The notes beneath the pieces are model-generated. The model saw nothing but the letters and a program-made list of their open reading frames with translations. It searched no databases and was not told the origin of the DNA. From Saprospira grandis DSM 2844 (lineage in GTDB: Bacteria; Bacteroidota; Bacteroidia; Chitinophagales; Saprospiraceae): 64,000 bases of DNA. The DNA lies in assembly GCF_000275825.1 (NCBI RefSeq), contig NZ_JH719942.1, positions 1,060,988-1,124,987 on the forward strand, read 5' to 3'. The translations under genes and the position numbers were made by a program. Numbering within the stretch: position 1 is the stretch's first letter; every line of letters begins with the position of its first letter. This document shows positions 38,401-47,484 of this stretch, one piece after another.

Positions 38401-39231
38401 ATTCAGGTGGTCCTGATTATGTTTAAAGAGTTTCACGAAAGCGATAAAGAGCGCCAAATCGGGGCGGTGATCATCTTTTTCTTTGAGTGATTTCTCTAGA
38501 TATTTTGGTGCTTCTTGTACGATATAAGAGAGCACGCTATAGAAGGTCCGAAACTGTAGGCGGATCTTTTTGGTATAGTCTTGAATTTTGAAGTTGGCTC
38601 TGGGGTCTTCTGCCTCGATAGCGCGGGCAGAGAGCAACTTTTTAGAGGGGAACCAGATACTATGAAAATGCTCTTCAATTTCATTGGGGCTATAGGTACC
38701 TGTTTGGTGAAACTCGAGGAAGCGATCTTGTTCTAGGAGTTCGATTAAATTGGAAGAGAGTTGCTGTTTGATGGCGTTCTCTAATTCGTTCTCTAGTTCA
38801 TCGGTATCGCCGGGTTGGAGGGTATTCATTTTGAGGGCATGCACATACCAGTCATTAAACTGTTTGGCCATGTCGAACACCTGTGTATAGAGGGCCTTAA
38901 GCGCTTCTAGGCGGCCTGTGGTGCGGGCTGCATTTTCTAGCTCGGTAATATATTTGGCGTGTTCCTGCTCAATTTTTTTAAGATCGGTTGCAATAATAGA
39001 GGCCAAGAACACCGAGAGGTCATTGCGCAAAAAGCGCGACCAATCTCCTGCGGGGGAATTAGTTTGGTCATAAAACTGGACCATTTCGGCATATTTGGCC
39101 GAAAAGGCGAGGAGGTCACTAGTAGAGCGTTCATCTACCTTAATATATTCTGGGATGAGAGCTTTGAGCAATCGTTGGCTCTGCGTTACGCCATTCCAGG
39201 ACAGGCTAGATTTATTCTTTTTGGTACTCAT
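35461..39231 (-). CDS. large baseplate protein, gp6/gpJ-like (Afp11-like), 1256 aa
   Basis: Sits directly downstream of the gp25-like wedge gene. Its size and C-terminal region fit baseplate-J-like proteins, but the assignment is not motif-proven. Confidence 0.45.
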   Translation of the reverse strand: MSTKKNKSSLSWNGVTQSQRLLKALIPEYIKVDERSTSDLLAFSAKYAEMVQFYDQTNSPAGDWSRFLRNDLSVFLASIIATDLKKIEQEHAKYITELENAARTTGRLEALKALYTQVFDMAKQFNDWYVHALKMNTLQPGDTDELENELENAIKQQLSSNLIELLEQDRFLEFHQTGTYSPNEIEEHFHSIWFPSKKLLSARAIEAEDPRANFKIQDYTKKIRLQFRTFYSVLSYIVQEAPKYLEKSLKEKDDHRPDLALFIAFVKLFKHNQDHLNTLTEKHLDFYYYDVLKMQERGLQPDQVNVYFNLAKHIDSFFLPAGTLLDAGVDEDGKAIRYKTDYGIELNQAKIDEVKTLFVSKNPKIGIGSSYRLITNMYAAPIANSRDGLGKRFINNEEEWPSFGEELLEKASDERQMVYAEVGWAMAAPILEMEEGHRSIKLRMRFDKSSMYTLNLLIKDISRNQGLSKEDAFSKVFKNSLKLVLSGEEGWIEAKSCELLPPENWNIPEFSLLATVSANAPAIVGYNANVLGPDFDTSLPVMKVLHKNENVTYSYSFLKELSLERINIDVEVKGIKRLNLSNEYGQLEGSIPFQAFGPTPKLGSYLLIGKTELFKKELTNLKININWHNLPDNTKGLRGYYREYGLGIRNEDYRIKLSALQEGEFFPKNKNNVKEYFLFEQDEDNVHGISKTTCLNHIDLKLFDLEPQANLKQIDTYTSETQTGYFRMELTNPPSAFAHDEFPNLYADVAAHNADPKTKEKKKLPNQPFTPVIRNMSIDYTATAQVNIMSIGTVNSSGAVAEELFHIHPFGVMRNFSQGRPVKPTLLPAYDEDAYLFLGVKDFNPPATLSIYFELKENQDYFSMMKGRSSEAKQAEIVWSFLVNDEWKEFSQTQILNDTTNFFNNSGIITFDIPRDISDNNTIFKKGKFWLRASLRGDASRMPTILHLSTQAISATWAGNPEEEVKHLEEKLAPNKIKNLASPLVQIRSVQQPFGSFEGRPGENKKEFYTRSSERLRHKGRAVSAWDYERLILDQFPDIFQVKCVTHIGNEEFIEKGQVVLVVVPRIKASHQGRLPMVNNATLEAIRDYLIPLASPFVDIKLRNPIYERVKVAGGLRFQKGMNNGTFLKKLNKDIMDFVCPWMYGGQRELELGGTMAKDVLLSFIEKREYVDFVTKFSAVQVFPSGEGFDVGDTAIDNSSSPLLKATTPWSVLIPFEKNPLYLLDEVAFQSPAKAGLDNMMLDGDFVMTEERELDD

Positions 39232-39296
39232 GCTAAGATGCGCTTAAGAGATGGTTATTGTTGTTCTGATAGTGATAGTAGTGGGGTCTAAAGGAA

Positions 39297-39713
39297 TTAG
39301 AGTTCGGTACCTTCTGCGAGATAGAAGGGATAGACCATATTATTACGAGCATTTACGCCCTTAATTTCATAGACCACATTGACATTCACACGGCCACGGA
39401 GCTGCTCGCTTTCGTCTACATCTACAGAGATGAGGCGGATACGGGGTTCGTGATAAAGGATAGCCGTAGTAATGAGATCTTGTATACGGATTCGGGTAGC
39501 GTTATTGATACTTTGAAAAGCCTGGCTATGGATATCGCAACCATAGCTAGGGTTCATGATTCGTTCGCCGGGGAGAGTAGAAAGAAGGATATTAAGGGAT
39601 TCCCTAATATCTTCTTCATCTTGAGACATCACAATTCCGCGGGTAGAGTCGCTAAAGCGGGGCGGGAAGCTCCAGCCTGAGCCTAAAAATGATTTTTGGA
39701 TATCGTCTGACAT
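39297..39713 (-). CDS. gp25/GPW-like baseplate wedge protein
   Basis: SFLGSGWSFPPRF...ESLNILLSTLPGERIMNPSYGCDIH... is the GPW_gp25 signature. Confidence 0.75.
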   Translation of the reverse strand: MSDDIQKSFLGSGWSFPPRFSDSTRGIVMSQDEEDIRESLNILLSTLPGERIMNPSYGCDIHSQAFQSINNATRIRIQDLITTAILYHEPRIRLISVDVDESEQLRGRVNVNVVYEIKGVNARNNMVYPFYLAEGTEL

Positions 39714-39769
39714 GCTTAGAAATTTCTTATCGTCTAAAAATTGGGATCAACTATTTATCTTAAGAGCAG

Positions 39770-39905
39770 AGCGGGCAGTTGCATTGGCCTAGCGCTGCGG
39801 AAGGGTGGCCGTCAGGCCAGACCGAAGCCCGCAGGGCTGAAGGGCCGAGCAGACTTGCGAGCCCTGTAGCATAGCGCCGCAGCTTTGCTGCGGAGGCCCC
39901 AAAAA
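39770..39905. repeat. GC-rich interspersed repeat lodged between the PAAR and gp25 genes
   Basis: gcctagcgctgcggaagggtggccgtcaggccagaccgaagcc...gaagggccgagcagacttgcgagccctgtagcatagcgccgcag...ggaggccccaaaaa. Confidence 0.6.
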
Positions 39906-40196
39906 CTACCCAATCAATACAGTAGGAGCACCAGCCACTACGGCACCACCATGGCCACAAGAGTCGCCGATACGGGCAGCGGGTTTCCCCTCAATCATGA
40001 CCGTTCCGGAGCCAGAGGCAATAGAATCGCCTGCGCAGGCACAGACGGCAGAGTCGCCAAGGCGGGCGGCTGGAATTCCGGTAACCATAACGGTACCGGC
40101 ACCGCTAACAATGGGCCCACCTACATGAGGTGAAGGACCGGGGCAAACGGCGGGGCAAACGTGCATATCGCCAATTCGAGCAGAGGGCATTCCCAT
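39906..40196 (-). CDS. PAAR-domain spike-tip protein
   Basis: Three PAAR-like repeats (PSARIGD, PAARLGD, PAARIGD) in 96 aa. Confidence 0.85.
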   Translation of the reverse strand: MGMPSARIGDMHVCPAVCPGPSPHVGGPIVSGAGTVMVTGIPAARLGDSAVCACAGDSIASGSGTVMIEGKPAARIGDSCGHGGAVVAGAPTVLIG

Positions 40197-40217
40197 AACT
40201 TATTGATTTTAATACTG

Positions 40218-42062
40218 TTAATTAATCTTTACTATACCACCTTTCACTTCGCAAAGTCCGCCGCCTTCCAATTTGGCCGAGGCAGAACCTTTGAGTTCCA
40301 TAGTGGTAGAGCCTTCTCCTTTAACGGCAAGGGCCTTGATAGAGAAGTTGGCGACCGCCTCCATTTTGGTATCGGACTTTGATTTTGTCTCGATGTTAAT
40401 GTCGGCCTCCATTTTAATATTTTTCTTGGCTTTAACGACAAAGTCGCCATCGGTCTCGAAGAGAATCCCGTTCTTATCCATCAACATTTTGTTGACGTTT
40501 ACGGGGTCTTCAATCAGGATCGTATCTTCATCATCATTGAGCTCGATAATCATCTTGTCTTCTGTAATGATCTTGACAATATTTTTGCCTGGATCATCTT
40601 GAAGTTCAATTCGGGTTTTTCCCTTATTGATAGAAATCGACTTAAAGATGTTGGGGTCTGCGGGAATATGCGTTTCCTCGGTCGTAATTCCTCTGCCGCT
40701 ACTATACATAGAGCCCAGAATGACCGGATAAGTGGGGTCTGAGTTGAAAAAGCCAACCACCACCTCATCCCCTACTTCGGGATAAAAAACAAAACCGCAA
40801 TCTTCGGTAGCATAATAATGCGCCATACGGGCCCAAACGCCCTCCCCGGCTTGGTCATCAATAATTGGGATATTGATCAGGACGCGAAATTCGCCATCGG
40901 GATCCGAGTCAATTTGCTTGACCACCCCATGTTGCAGCCCATGAATAGCGGGCAACATTCCGCCTGCGGGGCGAGAGCTAGCCGTAATATTGGCCTCCAT
41001 ATAAGGTTGAGGGTCCATACCCAAGCCCACCTCGGTCAACCATTGGCCTTTCATGACCGTATGGCGAATTCGGCTAACATAAGCATCGCCGACAAAGCGA
41101 GTTCCAAAGCCAAATAGCTCAATCGTTTTGCCCAATTCCGCCTTAGCAGAACCATAAAACTTGAGGCTGCCTCGGATACGAGAAAGATGTCCTCTTTGAT
41201 AAACAGAATCGGCCCAAGACTGAATCACATCCTTAGTCACTGGCGGAGTTGTTTTGACCGTATTTTTGGGTTCAATCACTGCCCCCAGCTTTCCAGAGTC
41301 CAAATCCCCCTGAGCATTTACAGCAGGTTTGGCTCCATCGGCTGTAACAATAGCCAAGTCGGTATGGCTCCAACAAGTAGCACCCACCTCCGTATATTGA
41401 TGAGTCGAATCGATATTCATATCCATCTCCACCAAATCATTTCCATAAGAAATGACCAGTTCAGACTTTTCGCTCACCGTAGGTTTCTTAATCGTAATTT
41501 CGCCATCATTGATAATGGTCACCAAGCTATTCACATCGGCCCGAGACTGGATAAAATCCCAGTCCGTACTCCAATACTGAATCAGTTTTTTGTGTGTGCC
41601 CGAGGTCCCTTCCACATCTGCAGAAAGTCCAGCTTCACTCACCACTGCCGAAATAATATCCGAGTCTGCCTGCTCATAAAACACCTTGTTTTTACGACCA
41701 ACCGTTAGTTTGAGCGCCTTATCCTTACACTTGAGCACCAAAGAGGCACCACTATAATTAGACTGCTTGATACCGTGCTCCACCAAAATCCCCTTATAAA
41801 GAGTTTCCTCCTTACCTGGGCCATACCCCGCTTTCACCTCTACCTCCTTGCCTGGTTCAAACATGGCATCTTCAGAGGTAGGAAACTTTTGCTCCCGAGT
41901 ATCTCCGTCCTTAAGTGTAATACGTGCATAAGGAATTTTATTCAGCTCCTTAACAATATCTACACTCTCCACGACCATTGTTTTAGGCACCTCAGTTCCA
42001 TCAATCAGTACAAGTACCGACAGATAGCCTTCGCCCATGCCTTTTACTGGAGAATCTGCCAT
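40218..42062 (-). CDS. VgrG/gpD-gp5-like central spike/baseplate hub protein
   Basis: 614 aa. Its N-terminal half resembles phage late control gene D / VgrG (...KAGYGPGKEETLYKGILVEHGIKQ...LVLKCKDKALKL...). It lies directly upstream of PAAR. Confidence 0.7.
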   Translation of the reverse strand: MADSPVKGMGEGYLSVLVLIDGTEVPKTMVVESVDIVKELNKIPYARITLKDGDTREQKFPTSEDAMFEPGKEVEVKAGYGPGKEETLYKGILVEHGIKQSNYSGASLVLKCKDKALKLTVGRKNKVFYEQADSDIISAVVSEAGLSADVEGTSGTHKKLIQYWSTDWDFIQSRADVNSLVTIINDGEITIKKPTVSEKSELVISYGNDLVEMDMNIDSTHQYTEVGATCWSHTDLAIVTADGAKPAVNAQGDLDSGKLGAVIEPKNTVKTTPPVTKDVIQSWADSVYQRGHLSRIRGSLKFYGSAKAELGKTIELFGFGTRFVGDAYVSRIRHTVMKGQWLTEVGLGMDPQPYMEANITASSRPAGGMLPAIHGLQHGVVKQIDSDPDGEFRVLINIPIIDDQAGEGVWARMAHYYATEDCGFVFYPEVGDEVVVGFFNSDPTYPVILGSMYSSGRGITTEETHIPADPNIFKSISINKGKTRIELQDDPGKNIVKIITEDKMIIELNDDEDTILIEDPVNVNKMLMDKNGILFETDGDFVVKAKKNIKMEADINIETKSKSDTKMEAVANFSIKALAVKGEGSTTMELKGSASAKLEGGGLCEVKGGIVKIN

Positions 42063-42098
42063 TTTTCTTTATTTATCTTCTAGTTAATTGAGTCAATT

Positions 42099-42287
42099 CT
42101 ATCGATTCATTTTGTACTCCCAAGCTTCCATTGCTCGGCGCACCGCTTCCTGAATCAGGATTTCTTTATCTTTTTCGGTCATGCCTTTTCCCTGTTCCTT
42201 TCCATCTTCTTTTCCCTGACCTTTGCCCCCAGCATTTTGTGCATTCACATTGGTGTTGACATTCATTTCTTTTACTGTTACTGCCAT
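42099..42287 (-). CDS. small hypothetical protein (62 aa) inside the contractile cluster
   Basis: ORF with a K/G/E-rich N-terminus and a helical C-terminus. Confidence 0.3.
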   Translation of the reverse strand: MAVTVKEMNVNTNVNAQNAGGKGQGKEDGKEQGKGMTEKDKEILIQEAVRRAMEAWEYKMNR

Positions 42288-42321
42288 AAGCTGTATATTT
42301 TTTTGCTGTTTTTAAGCAGGT

Positions 42322-42472
42322 TTTTTGGGGGCCTGCGGGCTTCGCCCGCCGCTATGTTGCAGGGCTCGCAAGCCTGCTCGGCCCTTCGCAAAATTTCGCT
42401 ACGCTCATTTTGCTTGGTCTGGCCCTACGGGCCACCCTTCCACAGCGCTAGGCCAAAAACGGCTTCGCTTAA
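42322..42472. repeat. GC-rich interspersed repeat inside the contractile cluster
   Basis: ttttgggggcctgcgggcttcgcccgccgctatgttgcagggctcgcaagcctgctcggccc... Confidence 0.6.
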
Positions 42473-43158
42473 TGAGCTACCACCTTAGAGAAAGCGTAAG
42501 AAAGTTCAATTTCTTGGACCAGCAAATCCTCTGAAGTAGAGTTGAGCGAGCTCAAACTCATTTTAGAGGGATAGGCAAAATTAAACTCCATAGAAATCAA
42601 AATTTGCGGCTTTCCAGATTTTGTCAAGTTGGGGTGCATTACATTTACCTGAATCCCCTTGAGCTTAATTTGCTCATTCCAAGAAGCCATGGCCTCAAAA
42701 CTTTCTTCACACCATTTGGTCCAAGGATCCGAGCTTTTAATGATATCGGGACGCACCAATCGCTTTAGCGTAATGGCCGAGTTTTTCATTTTGTCGGGCA
42801 AGTCAATGGGGTAATTGTAGCCCCCCTCATTATACGTCTTCTTTCCCTCCAAACCAATCTCCAAACCACTCACCTCAATAAAAGAGTTATGAATATTGGT
42901 ATCACCTGGCGTAGGCAAGCCATTAGCTCCGCCACCGTCTATCTTATTGATTGCCTTTTTCATCATTCCTCCAACCATTCCTCCTACAAAGGTATCTACA
43001 GCCCCTTTAGCAACTCCAGCCAAAAAGCTATTCCCTTCATGCTTCTGATCATACATCTGCACATCAAAATAGAAGGCAGGAATAGGTGAGGTCGTTTTTT
43101 CGTCCTCTTTCATGACTTCATCTAAGAAGCGCTCAAATGGGCTAATGGTATTATTCAT
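42469..43158 (-). CDS. tube-fold protein with a Gly-rich insertion (candidate tube initiator / Afp5- or Afp7-like, no LysM)
   Basis: PIPAFYFDVQMYDQ...SFIEVSGLEIGLEGKKTYNEGGYNYPIDLPDKMKNSAITLKRLV...ISMEFNFAYP parallels the gp19-like motifs of the two tube genes. Confidence 0.45.
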   Translation of the reverse strand: MNNTISPFERFLDEVMKEDEKTTSPIPAFYFDVQMYDQKHEGNSFLAGVAKGAVDTFVGGMVGGMMKKAINKIDGGGANGLPTPGDTNIHNSFIEVSGLEIGLEGKKTYNEGGYNYPIDLPDKMKNSAITLKRLVRPDIIKSSDPWTKWCEESFEAMASWNEQIKLKGIQVNVMHPNLTKSGKPQILISMEFNFAYPSKMSLSSLNSTSEDLLVQEIELSYAFSKVVAH

Positions 43159-43220
43159 ATCTTATTGGGATTATCTACAGCGATTGGTCTAAAAGTTAAT
43201 ATGCTAAGCGGTATTTTATC

Positions 43221-43736
43221 CTAACCGCCCACCTCCGTTTCAAAATGACGGAAGGCAAACTCCATTTCTTCTACAGCCACCTCATTTTCAGATTCGGCAT
43301 CAAAGTTAGAGGGAATATATTTTGTAATAAAGGCCTTTTCAAGTCGCCAGATAAACTGCGTCTCCATATTGTGGTCCAAAAGGTGGATCTCAATAGTTCG
43401 GCGAGAAGTATACTCTCGACTCACCGCTACCTGGTCAAACAAACGGCTCATTTGATCATCTTGAGAAAACGATCCTTTTTTAAGGGTAATACGGCTGTAC
43501 TGCAACATACCGGGCATGCGCTCCTTTCCAAAAAAGGGAGAATTACCATCGCGGTACTCAATCACCCCAATTTCAGCCTCCAAACCATCTACAGTTTGAA
43601 AAGACATTTCAATTGGACCAATAAACACCCGAAAGCTAAAGCGCGTTAGGGGCCAAGTCATTGTGGAATCTGAACTCATAACATCTATTTTTGAGAAAGC
43701 GGCTGCCCAAGTTAACTCGCTAAATACTAGGGCCAA
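43221..43736 (-). CDS. phage tail tube protein (gp19/Afp1-Afp5 family), paralog 2
   Basis: TRFSFRVFIGPIEMSFQTVDGLEAEIGVIEYRDGNSPFFGKERMPGMLQYSRITLKKG. Confidence 0.8.
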   Translation of the reverse strand: MALVFSELTWAAAFSKIDVMSSDSTMTWPLTRFSFRVFIGPIEMSFQTVDGLEAEIGVIEYRDGNSPFFGKERMPGMLQYSRITLKKGSFSQDDQMSRLFDQVAVSREYTSRRTIEIHLLDHNMETQFIWRLEKAFITKYIPSNFDAESENEVAVEEMEFAFRHFETEVGG

Positions 43737-43866
43737 GGCAAGATTTTTTTGGGCCTATGCCCTAAAAATAGCGCTTAGCGATACTGCCTTTCATTATCAA
43801 GGAGTTAAGGCTGCTTATAAGTTAAGCGCTTTAGGCTACTAAATTAAAGAAAAAATCTTGATAGCA

Positions 43867-43900
43867 CAAAAAAAACCTAGCAGGTTTTTACCTGCCAGGT
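43867..43900 (-). terminator. intrinsic terminator/attenuator immediately downstream of the major tube gene
   Basis: The minus strand reads ACCTGGCAGG-taaaa-ACCTGCTAGG (one G-U pair) followed by TTTTTTTT. Confidence 0.5.
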
Positions 43901-43927
43901 TTATTTTATTGCTAAGCTAAGTTAAAC

Positions 43928-44383
43928 TTATGCAGTTTCCATAGTCCACTCTTCGCAGCAGAACTCAAGTTCTTCGATAGCGACTTCAGAGTCAGCTTCT
44001 GCGTCAAAAGGAGTAGGAGTAAACTTAGTAACGAAAGCGTTGAGTAGCGTCCAAGTGAAAACGATCTCATCAGCTTCATTCATCAAGTGAATGATTACAG
44101 TACGGCGCTCAGTGTGTTGGTGGTCAACTGAAAGCTCTTTGTACCACTGATAGAGGTAGTCATCGCTCTGGAAAGTACCCTTCTTCAAGGTGATGTTGCT
44201 ATAAGACATCAAACCGGGACGCTTAGTCTTGTAGAAGTTGGTAGAGTTACCTGCACGGTACTCCATTACAGAAATCTCAGTCTCAAGACCTTCGATTGTC
44301 TGGAAGCCCAAAGTGTTGGGGATATTGTCAATCTCGATAGAGAAATAAAACTTAGGCAGTGGCCATTCTGTTGTTGCAGACAT
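43928..44383 (-). CDS. phage tail tube protein (gp19/Afp1 family), paralog 1
   Basis: PKFYFSIEIDNIPNTLGFQTIEGLETEISVMEYRAGNSTNFYKTKRPGLMSYSNITLKKG. Confidence 0.85.
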   Translation of the reverse strand: MSATTEWPLPKFYFSIEIDNIPNTLGFQTIEGLETEISVMEYRAGNSTNFYKTKRPGLMSYSNITLKKGTFQSDDYLYQWYKELSVDHQHTERRTVIIHLMNEADEIVFTWTLLNAFVTKFTPTPFDAEADSEVAIEELEFCCEEWTMETA

Positions 44384-44497
44384 GATATATGGCGTTTAAA
44401 AGTATGATCTAAATTTAAAATGTTGATGCTCTCCCGTTTGAGCCCAAGAGAAAGGCTAAAATGCTTTAGATAGTGATCTCTAAGTTAAGCACAAAGC

Positions 44498-45991
44498 TTA
44501 CTCAGCACCACCGGGCATTTTCTGCTGGAAAGTGATAACGATGAATTCAGCAGGACGAGAGATAGCTACTTTTACAGAAACCTTCATGTAACCATCTAGG
44601 ATATCCTGAGGAGTCATAGTTGTACCCAAACCAACCTCAACTTGGAAAGCCTGATCTTCAGTAGCACCTACCAAAGCACCTGCTTGCCACTGGCTACGCA
44701 AGAAAGAACCAATCATTGATTTAACTGCGATCCAAGTGTTAGCGTCATTGGGACGGAATACGAAAGGCTCACAAGCGAACTTCACAGACTGCTCCAACAT
44801 GATCATAGTACGACGTACGTTGATGTAGCGCCAGTCTTGGCTGTTACCGTCTAGCGTACGAGCACCCCATACCAAAGTACCTTTTCCTACGAAAGGACGG
44901 ATGGCATTGATTGCTTTACCGCTCAAGGGCAAGTTCAAGTCTTCTTGCTCAGTAGCAGAAATGTTTACAGTAGGTCCAGTTACAGAAGAAACTGATACGT
45001 TAGCAGGCGCTTTGAATACACCTACAGTGCTATCTACCAAAGAGTAAAGACCAGCTACAGCTCCAGAAGGAGGCAATACGTTCAACATATCGCGCATTTG
45101 ACCCAATACATCATTGTATACGGGGCTTACCGCCTTCATGATGTTGTGTACAGCAGTTACGTTAGCATCAGCGTCAGCCATCTTAGCGATTTCAGCTTTG
45201 ATCAACTCACCTTTTTCAGCTTTAACGAAACCAGCAGCTACGTTGTCATCTACTTCTTTGTTAAGCAACTCAACGAAACCTTCTAGGTTAGCAACATTAG
45301 TATAGTCAAACTCATCAGCTTGAACAACAGTAGCTTTCAACCAAGGGTAGTAAGCTGCACCGAAGTCTAGGAAGTTGTTGCCATAAGCCTCACGAGCGCA
45401 AGTTACAACATCATCATCTAGCATGCTGCGAGATTCGTTACCGTTCCATACGTCTAGGATAGCGAAGCGGCTACGAGTGTCAGCACCACAATGCTTCAAC
45501 ATTGCTTGTTGTACTGTACCACAGTCACCTTCTTCCAAAGAGATAGCATCGGGAACTACAAGCAAAGTAGGCTCTTGCTCCTTCAACAAAGCAGTGATAC
45601 CACCACCGTTCTCAGTACCCACTAGGGTCTTGGGAGAAACGTCGTCGTTGTATCCACCAACAGAAACGATGTAGCAAGTTCCACCGCCGTTAGCGTAGAA
45701 CATTTGAAGGCTACGGAACAACATGTAGTTACCGGCATCAACAGAAACGGTATAGTTGTCACCTTCAGCATCAACGTTGAAAGTAGTTTTGGGAGCACCA
45801 CCAAAGTAAGATAGGTACTCAACCAATGAAGTAATGCGCATTGGCGTGTTGGTCAAGTCGCGCTTACCAGCAGCGGCTCTCTCTGTGTGGCCAATGAAAG
45901 CAGGGATAGCAGTTCCTACTGCTACAACAGAATTCGAAAAGGCGCTTTTTTCTTCGATATAAACGCCTGGTGTTGCATACTGTTTTGCCAT
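44498..45991 (-). CDS. contractile tail sheath protein
   Basis: The N-terminal TPGVYIEE motif is a hallmark of phage and eCIS sheath proteins. 497 aa. Confidence 0.85.
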   Translation of the reverse strand: MAKQYATPGVYIEEKSAFSNSVVAVGTAIPAFIGHTERAAAGKRDLTNTPMRITSLVEYLSYFGGAPKTTFNVDAEGDNYTVSVDAGNYMLFRSLQMFYANGGGTCYIVSVGGYNDDVSPKTLVGTENGGGITALLKEQEPTLLVVPDAISLEEGDCGTVQQAMLKHCGADTRSRFAILDVWNGNESRSMLDDDVVTCAREAYGNNFLDFGAAYYPWLKATVVQADEFDYTNVANLEGFVELLNKEVDDNVAAGFVKAEKGELIKAEIAKMADADANVTAVHNIMKAVSPVYNDVLGQMRDMLNVLPPSGAVAGLYSLVDSTVGVFKAPANVSVSSVTGPTVNISATEQEDLNLPLSGKAINAIRPFVGKGTLVWGARTLDGNSQDWRYINVRRTMIMLEQSVKFACEPFVFRPNDANTWIAVKSMIGSFLRSQWQAGALVGATEDQAFQVEVGLGTTMTPQDILDGYMKVSVKVAISRPAEFIVITFQQKMPGGAE

Positions 45992-46046
45992 GATTTAATT
46001 TATTTTGAAAAGTTTAATTGATTTACAAATTTATTTTGTCATCTGA

Positions 46047-47174
46047 TTACAAATATACAATTATTTCGGAAAACACAGCATTCTCAACGTTAAAATCTGT
46101 TTTTAATATTGATTTTGCTGAATGGTTAGGTAAATCTGTAATCCATTCGATTCCATTTTTGCCTCTTTTGGTCCGAAGCTTAAAGCGGCTCAGCTGTTTT
46201 TCCTTAAAAGGAATGGGCGCTGAAGTTTTGACCAAAACGGCCAGTTCGCCAGAAGGCATAAGCACCTCCTCGGCCTCTTCAAAGTCTACTGTTTCGCCAG
46301 CTCGGCCATTATCGTAGGCCTCATGTCCTTTGTGCTGCCTATCCTCATTCATTTCTACTATATAGTAGTGCCAAGGTAAAGCCCTAGCAGGGAAATGGAT
46401 GTTATACTCTCTTTTAGACAACAACTTTCCCTGCTCATCAAAAAAGCGGTAAGGGCTGTCATCCTCCTTATCGATATAAATATCCACCACGCCCCAAATT
46501 CCGGCAGTTCCCTCAGGAGCCAAATAAAAAGTATACTCTTCCAAGCCGTCTAGCTGCAAAATATACTTTCCGGCTGGGGCATCAGGCATAACCACATCTA
46601 CATGGGCATTTTCGCCTTCCTGCTCCAAAAAGAAATAAGACTGGCCCAACTCATCTACCACCTCGATTTCCGCATCCTCCTCTTCATCATCAAATTCGTA
46701 GCGGAAAACAGGGCCTTCAAGTGCTAAGCGATCCATTTCAGAAACCAACTCATCATTAGACAAATTGCCCTCCTCATCTTCAATCTTATCTTCGGCCCGA
46801 TTTGTAAAGTGATAAATATAATCACCAAACTCATAAGGGAGGCCCGTATAGTTAAGGAAGAAAGCATCTTCTACCTTCATCCAAAAACTTAACTTTAAAG
46901 GTTTTTCCAAACTTTCTAAAGCCGGCCCTCCAGAAACTGTCTCGCCATAACCAATCAGCAAATTATTGCCCTCAAAGGCCGTTTTAAGCTGATTTTGCTT
47001 TAGGCGAAAAACCGTATCGGAAGTAGGACTAAGAACTACATCTTTACAGATCTGCTCATCAAAGTAATCGTGCAGGATCGCTATGTTTAATAGCTGATTA
47101 TAGCGAGTTTGGATGTTCAGCAACATATGATGCTCCATCGGATTTCCTCGCCTGCTAAATTTACGTCTCTTCAT
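46047..47174 (-). CDS. hypothetical acidic protein between the cap candidate and the sheath (eCIS-associated, function unknown)
   Basis: 375 aa, D/E-rich, no P-loop. The alternative start MEHHM is 12 codons in. Confidence 0.4.
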   Translation of the reverse strand: MKRRKFSRRGNPMEHHMLLNIQTRYNQLLNIAILHDYFDEQICKDVVLSPTSDTVFRLKQNQLKTAFEGNNLLIGYGETVSGGPALESLEKPLKLSFWMKVEDAFFLNYTGLPYEFGDYIYHFTNRAEDKIEDEEGNLSNDELVSEMDRLALEGPVFRYEFDDEEEDAEIEVVDELGQSYFFLEQEGENAHVDVVMPDAPAGKYILQLDGLEEYTFYLAPEGTAGIWGVVDIYIDKEDDSPYRFFDEQGKLLSKREYNIHFPARALPWHYYIVEMNEDRQHKGHEAYDNGRAGETVDFEEAEEVLMPSGELAVLVKTSAPIPFKEKQLSRFKLRTKRGKNGIEWITDLPNHSAKSILKTDFNVENAVFSEIIVYL

Positions 47175-47339
47175 TAAGCTCTTCTGCTTTAAGTCCCTTA
47201 AAATTAGAGAATTTAATTTTGGTCTGCAAAGTTTATTCGCAGTTTTTTTTCTTTTTTTTTAATAAAAGCTAAAATTTAGGCCCAGTTGGCATTTTTCGTA
47301 GACCTAGCTAATATCACACTGTCATTAGTTAAGCGACAA

Positions 47340-47482
47340 AGCCCAACTACAGCCGCCCCATTTGGCCTAGCGATGTGCAGGGGGGGCCGCAGGCCAGACC
47401 GAGCAGGCAAAGCCTGCGCAGGGCCGAGCGAACAGCGAGCCCCGAAACGTAGCGCCTGCCGAAGGCAGGAGGCCCCAAACCT
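47340..47482. repeat. GC-rich interspersed repeat inside the contractile cluster
   Basis: gcctagcgatgtgcagggggggccgcaggccagaccgagcagg...gccgagcgaacagcgagccccgaaacgtagcgcctgccgaaggcaggaggccccaaa. Confidence 0.6.
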
Positions 47483-47484
47483 TC

